NCBI GenBank assembly: GCA_024229615.1
Contig: JAAESG010000620.1
Span: 1 to 62,371 of the forward strand
Reading direction: 5' to 3'
From: Gammaproteobacteria bacterium
GTDB taxonomy: Bacteria; Pseudomonadota; Gammaproteobacteria; GCA-001735895
DNA length: 62,371 nucleotides
Shown here: positions 57,894-62,371 of the stretch, one piece after another
Numbering within the stretch: position 1 is the stretch's first letter
How the letters are laid out: each line of letters starts with the position of its first letter
Notes under the pieces: model-generated
Databases searched by the model: none
The model's input: the letters and a program-made list of their open reading frames with translations, nothing else
What the model was told of the DNA's origin: nothing
Program-made: the position numbers and the translations under genes

Positions 57894-58604
57894 ATGGCTA
57901 AAAGATTCTACGAACCAGTATCGGGTGATCTTGTTCTCTGGTCCGATCCTGCGCAGTTTGAGAAAACGCAATTGGAAGCAGAGCTAGCCTTGGTTGAACA
58001 GTACCAGGGGTACGATGATACCGTCCGGACTATTATTGCGACGTGCTCGGGCTTCGATAATCTACAGGCATTTGATGATGACTTGACGGCCAAGCGCACG
58101 AGACTGAAAGATTTGATCGACTTCTTCGATTACTCCAACACACCACTCGCGTTGAATGTGAAGGACGGTGCATGGTTCACACCGATTGCTGTTCAAGGCA
58201 AGTGTGGCGAAGAGGTCGGCCATGAAGCGATCCTCACCATCGACGGGAGCAATACTACGTATTGGGAACACGCGGTAGGCGAAGCACATCAAATCACCTG
58301 GCAACTCCGTGATTACAGGAAAAGGATAGGCAAGCTCCAAGTCAGAATTGCGAGTAGTGATAGAAATCTATTAACCGGGATAGATATTTACATTGCTGAT
58401 AATGTTGATGGTTTGGACAGTCCGGGTAATCTAATAAAAAGTGGAGTGAATTTAGTGGTGCCCAATTCATGGGAGGAAATTCCTTTCATATCAAAGGGTA
58501 ATGGTCAATACATAAGATTCACCGGTTTCGGTTCGCAACACGCATCAAACGAAGTTAGGATTCAAGAAATTCAAGCATGGGTCGTTACTGTAGAATACGA
58601 TTAG
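57894..58604 (+). CDS. Protein with C-terminal discoidin (F5/8 type C)-like domain
   Basis: TIDGSNTTYW...HQITWQL...GQYIRF...VRIQEIQAW. Confidence 0.6.
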   Translation: MAKRFYEPVSGDLVLWSDPAQFEKTQLEAELALVEQYQGYDDTVRTIIATCSGFDNLQAFDDDLTAKRTRLKDLIDFFDYSNTPLALNVKDGAWFTPIAVQGKCGEEVGHEAILTIDGSNTTYWEHAVGEAHQITWQLRDYRKRIGKLQVRIASSDRNLLTGIDIYIADNVDGLDSPGNLIKSGVNLVVPNSWEEIPFISKGNGQYIRFTGFGSQHASNEVRIQEIQAWVVTVEYD

Positions 58605-58613
58605 GAGAGTGAT

Positions 58614-58853
58614 ATGAGCGAAGGTAATCAAAACAGAACAGTCGGCGCACCTGCGAGCATCGCGAAAAAGAACGGCGGTGACGCCGCGAAAGAACCGGGC
58701 AAGCAAACGCTATGCTTCATCGTTCCCGTTCAAATCATGGCGGCAGCGCTCGATCTAATGCAAGAAGAGTTGCCGATGAAGAAAGCGCGTAATATCGTGC
58801 AAGCTCTCGAACAGTGCCCGAAGCAAGAAGTGGTCTTGAATCAAAATGGCTGA
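58614..58853 (+). CDS. Hypothetical protein (possible fibre chaperone)
   Basis: AGGAG SD; follows fibre genes. Confidence 0.5.
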   Translation: MSEGNQNRTVGAPASIAKKNGGDAAKEPGKQTLCFIVPVQIMAAALDLMQEELPMKKARNIVQALEQCPKQEVVLNQNG

Positions 58854-59373
58854 AATAGTAGCTTTCTTCAAGCTTGCAAGTGGGGCTCCACTCGTCGCAC
58901 CGGTTGATTTGCCCGAGGTAACTGTTAGACGAATCGACACGCAAGCAATCGTTGCGGGACCGTCAGCCATGACGGAGATCGGTGAGGGGCTTTTCTCGTT
59001 TCTGTTCTCGCCGAGCCCGACGCTTGAATACACCATTTCAGCGGACGGCGATCCGAATGTAACGAGTCAGGTTCCGGCAGTCGAGAGGTACAAGGGCGGT
59101 GCTATCTCTGGAACGAATGAAGCTCAACTCGCGCGCCTCGATGTAGATGTTAGCTCAAGGGCGACACCGGCAGACGTAAGCGCGAGCGAGGCAGTCATCA
59201 CCGCAGCGATAGCGGCACTCAACGACTTGAGCATTGCAGACGTTCAAACCGCTTTGACGACTCAAGGTTATACAACAGTGCGGGCGGCGTTGCTAGATAA
59301 TCTCGATGTGCCGGTTTCTTCGGTTGGGGGCGATTGTCTTACGCTGGCGCAGTGGCTTTCTCTTGATCAATAG
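58846..59373 (+). CDS. Virion protein
   Basis: MTEIGEGLF, RLDVDVSSR / NLDVPVSS repeats. Confidence 0.55.
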   Translation: MAEIVAFFKLASGAPLVAPVDLPEVTVRRIDTQAIVAGPSAMTEIGEGLFSFLFSPSPTLEYTISADGDPNVTSQVPAVERYKGGAISGTNEAQLARLDVDVSSRATPADVSASEAVITAAIAALNDLSIADVQTALTTQGYTTVRAALLDNLDVPVSSVGGDCLTLAQWLSLDQ

Positions 59374-59650
59374 GCCATATTCTTTCGCGAGGTTTTATCG
59401 TCCATACCGCGACGACTTCATAGCCTAGAACTTTTTTGCGGAAATAAAAAAGCAAGGCATCAAATTCACCCGCCGTTACCATATCGAATCCTACTCGAAC
59501 GCGGGGACCATGCGCCCATGGTGGAGCTACCTGCGCGCTCGCTACCTTTCCGAATCCTTGCGCCTCCGGACGCTTGAGCCATTCGCGAAGCGAAGAATCA
59601 ATAAACAAGAGATCCGTTTTCTTGAGTCGATTCGCTTTTACTTTTGGCAT
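59339..59650 (-). CDS. Hypothetical protein in the regulator operon
   Basis: GAGGA SD before MPKVKAN; overlaps the stop of the RHH gene. Confidence 0.45.
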   Translation of the reverse strand: MPKVKANRLKKTDLLFIDSSLREWLKRPEAQGFGKVASAQVAPPWAHGPRVRVGFDMVTAGEFDALLFYFRKKVLGYEVVAVWTIKPRERIWPIDQEKATAPA

Positions 59651-59904
59651 TGATCCTCGATCCATTGCTCGATCACTTCGGAGCGGGAAAGGCCGAGTTC
59701 GGCGGCGAGGGAGGATAACCGAACCCGACCTTGAGCGGAGATCAATAGATTGAGCGGAGCTTTCTTGACTCGCTTTGGCCGATGAGAGTGGGGATGGAGA
59801 GTGCAACGAGTTGATCCGTTGATCGCTGTGCGCTTGCATTGCGATCCGTCTTTGCACCTGGCAACACAACGCGGTATCAGGTTGCGCTTTGCCTTTCTCG
59901 CCAT
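59638..59904 (-). CDS. Zn-finger plus ribbon-helix-helix regulator
   Basis: RCVARCKDGSQCKRTAINGSTRCTLH then PLNLLIS...LSSLAAELGLSRSEVIEQWI (CopG-like). Confidence 0.7.
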   Translation of the reverse strand: MARKAKRNLIPRCVARCKDGSQCKRTAINGSTRCTLHPHSHRPKRVKKAPLNLLISAQGRVRLSSLAAELGLSRSEVIEQWIEDQCQK

Positions 59905-59919
59905 GCGCATATTATAACA
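59900..59919 (-). promoter_or_regulatory. Extended -10 promoter giving a probably leaderless mRNA, overlapped by an operator
   Basis: TG-T-TATAAT, 6 nt, then ATG; contains AATATGCGCAT. Confidence 0.6.
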
Positions 59920-60064
59920 TAGCTCGACCAGGCACCGCGAGCGCGCATCTTCCCCGAGATCTGAAATCGCCATAAATCCCACAGAATCAAGCATTTAGCC
60001 CGCCTGCGGCGGGCGTAGAGCCGTAACCCCTTTGTTCGCAAGGAGTTAGCGTGTCGCTTTTCCC

Positions 60065-60101
60065 TTGACAATATGCGCATATTATGATACACTATGTATA
60101 G
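60065..60101 (+). promoter_or_regulatory. Strong early promoter with palindromic operator
   Basis: TTGACA-17-TACACT with extended TG; perfect palindrome AATATGCGCATATT at 60070-60083. Confidence 0.8.
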
Positions 60102-60113
60102 AGGTTAGATGAG

Positions 60114-60215
60114 ATGAAAAGAACAGAAACACGGAACCTGAAAAAGTACAAGAAACAACTTGAAAAGCTCATCGCTGAACTTGAGAACAAACGATACAAA
60201 AGGGAGGTTGCCTAA
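60114..60215 (+). CDS. 33-aa basic peptide (not in the ORF track)
   Basis: GAGG SD; MKRTETRNLKKYKKQLEKLIAELENKRYKREVA*. Confidence 0.5.
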   Translation: MKRTETRNLKKYKKQLEKLIAELENKRYKREVA

Positions 60216-60218
60216 ACC

Positions 60219-60296
60219 ATGTTAGGAATTTACATCTGTATCAGCATCATTGTTCCCTTGGTTGTTTACTTGAACACCATGCGGTTCGGAGGGTAA
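60219..60296 (+). CDS. 25-aa transmembrane peptide (not in the ORF track)
   Basis: GGGAGG SD; MLGIYICISIIVPLVVYLNTMRFGG*. Confidence 0.5.
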   Translation: MLGIYICISIIVPLVVYLNTMRFGG

Positions 60297-60300
60297 CAAC

Positions 60301-60531
60301 ATGAAATTAATCAACCTTCGGGAAGGCGATGTTTTCACGGTTTCCGGTTTGCCGCACCTGGGCGCGTTCAAGCTAGTACGTAAGCACGCTTCTGGTTGCA
60401 CAGTTCGAACCACCAAACTCAAGCGAGTCGATTTCGAGTCGAACGGCAAGCCGATTTCTTTCAAGGCTCCAGCTAAAGGCCGGACGATTTTCGGAGCCTC
60501 GACTCTGGTTGAACTACAGGAGGGAATCTAA
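60301..60531 (+). CDS. Hypothetical early protein
   Basis: GGAGG SD. Confidence 0.6.
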   Translation: MKLINLREGDVFTVSGLPHLGAFKLVRKHASGCTVRTTKLKRVDFESNGKPISFKAPAKGRTIFGASTLVELQEGI

Positions 60532-60532
60532 A

Positions 60533-61771
60533 ATGAACGATAAAAAACAAGACAACGTTTTCAACATACCGACTGAGAACCTTGCCGCCCTATTGAGCGA
60601 CTTGCAAAAGCTCTCGAAGCGCGCGGCAAAGCTCGGGCTCGAAGATGCGCTAACGTGGTCGGCTGGCGATACGTTTCAAGTCGAGAAGGTTATAGCTCGC
60701 GGCCACAAAAAGATTCGCGAGTATACCCCGATCACCGTCAACCTCGTCGGCGACATCAAGCTCCCTGGCGGCTGGCATCTGGTTGCCACGCTCGACCATA
60801 GGAGCGCCGAAACTCCTATTATCCTTTCCGTTCCTGGCGAAGAGCTTCCCACAAAATACCGCTCGACCGGACCCGACTGTAACCACTGTAAGCTCGACCG
60901 GCGAAGGAACGATACTTTTGTTATTCGCGACGAGCAAGGCGAGTACAAGCAAGTCGGTCGAACCTGTATCGCCGATTATCTAGGCCACAAGGACGCGCTC
61001 AACATCGCTCGCGCTTATCAATATCTCGCTCAGTTTGTTGGCTCGCTCCGCGATGAGGATTCCGGATACTACCGCTCCGCTCCCTCGATATGGGCGCTCG
61101 ATGATTGTTTGGCGTTTACTGCGGCGCTCGTTCGCCTAGACGGTTGGGCTCCTCGCTCCGCTGGCACGGATGGCGCGGCGACTGCGGATCAAGCGTGGAA
61201 TTGGTTTCTCCAAAACTTCGAGCCGATAAAGACGAAGCGCGGTTCGATACATCCTCCGGAAGTCATCGAGAAGGATACCGAGCTTGCCGCCAAAGCGCTT
61301 GCCTGGCTCGACGTTCAAGACCCCACCAAAGCAAAGAGTGATTATCTCTATAACGTCCAAGCCATAACCAAAGCTGGAACGGTAACGCGGCGCACCATAG
61401 GGCTCGCCGCCTCCATCATAGGAACTTACAAGCGAGTCGTGGAGAGAGAGCTTCGCTACGCCAGGGAGCGCAAAGAAAAGTATAACGGCAAACCTTCCGA
61501 GTGGGTTGGTGAAGTCAAAAAGCGGATCAAGGGCTTGGAGATTGAAGTCTTCGGAACCTACGAAGCGCAAGGCGACTATGGAGTCTATACCCGCGTGGTT
61601 TTCAAGGATGCGGAAGGCAACGAGTTTGTCTGGTTCGCTTCCGGGTACACCGACCTTGAAGCGGGGCAAAAGTATATCATCGATGCTACCGTCAAAAAGC
61701 ACAACGAGTTCAAAGGCAAGAAGCAAACGCAGGTTAATCGCGTAACAGTCAAGCAAGGTTTGCTCCAATAA
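60533..61771 (+). CDS. Phage early protein with Cys motif and C-terminal OB-fold-like domain
   Basis: CNHCKLDRRRNDTF...QVGRTC; WVGEVKKR...WFAS...ATVKKH...QTQVNRV. Confidence 0.7.
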   Translation: MNDKKQDNVFNIPTENLAALLSDLQKLSKRAAKLGLEDALTWSAGDTFQVEKVIARGHKKIREYTPITVNLVGDIKLPGGWHLVATLDHRSAETPIILSVPGEELPTKYRSTGPDCNHCKLDRRRNDTFVIRDEQGEYKQVGRTCIADYLGHKDALNIARAYQYLAQFVGSLRDEDSGYYRSAPSIWALDDCLAFTAALVRLDGWAPRSAGTDGAATADQAWNWFLQNFEPIKTKRGSIHPPEVIEKDTELAAKALAWLDVQDPTKAKSDYLYNVQAITKAGTVTRRTIGLAASIIGTYKRVVERELRYARERKEKYNGKPSEWVGEVKKRIKGLEIEVFGTYEAQGDYGVYTRVVFKDAEGNEFVWFASGYTDLEAGQKYIIDATVKKHNEFKGKKQTQVNRVTVKQGLLQ

Positions 61772-61776
61772 CGCAT

Positions 61777-61813
61777 TTGACAATATGCGCATAATGTGAT
61801 ACACTATGTATAG
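61777..61813 (+). promoter_or_regulatory. Second copy of the early promoter/operator
   Basis: 35/37 identical to 60065-60101. Confidence 0.8.
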
Positions 61814-61824
61814 TGGAGGTTAAA

Positions 61825-62371
61825 ATGAAAACAAAGCAAAAAACCAACGAAATAGCCTGGAACGAGCTACTCGAAAAAGCTGTCAACGAACCGGGTTCGC
61901 TTCTGAAAGCATATTCGAACTTTCACAACTACAGTTTCGGGAACTGTATCCTCGCGCTTTTCCAAGCCGAAGCTAGCGGCGCGGAGTTCGGTCCTTTCGC
62001 TACCTACAAAAAATGGCAAGAGCTTGGACGCCAGGTTCAACGCGGCGAAAAAGCTCTCACGCTTTGTCAGCCGGTTCTCATCAACAAGAAAGATGAAAAC
62101 GGCGAAATCGTTCGCGGTGAAGACGGCAAGCCCGAAAAGCGGAAAATCTTTATCTTCCGGAATCGCTGGTTTTTTCTCTCTCAAACTGAAGGCGACGAGG
62201 TTGAGCTTGAGACTGGCTCCGAGTGGGATAAGGCCAAAGCGCTTGCCGAGCTTGAAATCACCGAAGAGAACTTTTCTCACGCCAGCGGGAACGCGCAAGG
62301 GTACGCCAAAGAAAAAACTCTCGCGGTGAGCCCTCTTGCCGAGCTTCCCCACAAAACACTTTTTCACGAAA
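61825..62371 (+). CDS. ardC: N-terminal part of ArdC-like ssDNA-binding antirestriction protein
   Basis: GGAGG SD; FHNYSFGNCILA...FATYKKWQELGRQVQRGEKA...FFLSQTEG...HKTLFHE, joins nt 1-275. Confidence 0.8.
   Translation, partial: MKTKQKTNEIAWNELLEKAVNEPGSLLKAYSNFHNYSFGNCILALFQAEASGAEFGPFATYKKWQELGRQVQRGEKALTLCQPVLINKKDENGEIVRGEDGKPEKRKIFIFRNRWFFLSQTEGDEVELETGSEWDKAKALAELEITEENFSHASGNAQGYAKEKTLAVSPLAELPHKTLFHE

Noticed and set aside
1-62371. Integrase, DNA polymerase, tRNA or rRNA genes
   Set aside because: No supporting motifs seen by eye; HMM and tRNAscan runs are needed to confirm absence

Overview
This window looks like a complete, circularly assembled ~62.4 kb tailed (siphovirus-like) phage genome. 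The last 9 nt repeat the first 9 nt, and an ArdC-like gene reads through the junction. Nearly all genes are on the + strand, in this order: small early genes, a Cro-like HTH, DNA metabolism (MazG-like, PD-(D/E)XK exonuclease, SNF2, SSB-like, RepB-type primase, putative origin, UvrD, HNH, VRR-NUC, ParB), terminases, a Mu-like head module, a non-contractile tail with a -1 frameshifted chaperone, holin-like genes and fibres. A divergent Zn-finger/RHH regulator follows. I recognised no integrase, DNA polymerase or canonical endolysin. The most striking element is at 5290-6315: a stand-alone Cas7/RAMP-like gene followed immediately by a non-CRISPR array of four 5-nt-periodic (NGY-NN)n tracts bounded by a conserved 19-nt motif. 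This is a candidate phage-encoded RNA-guided system with a gapped code, and one tract decodes to a near-match of the phage's own small-terminase gene. Other notable items are a MuF polymorphic-toxin-like protein and a protease polyprotein sharing an FHLAGKHxQSxHG linker, a four-site palindromic operator regulon, tail-region proteins with signal peptides, and a clan GH-A glycosidase-like gene. All annotations come from motif recognition by eye; no searches were run.
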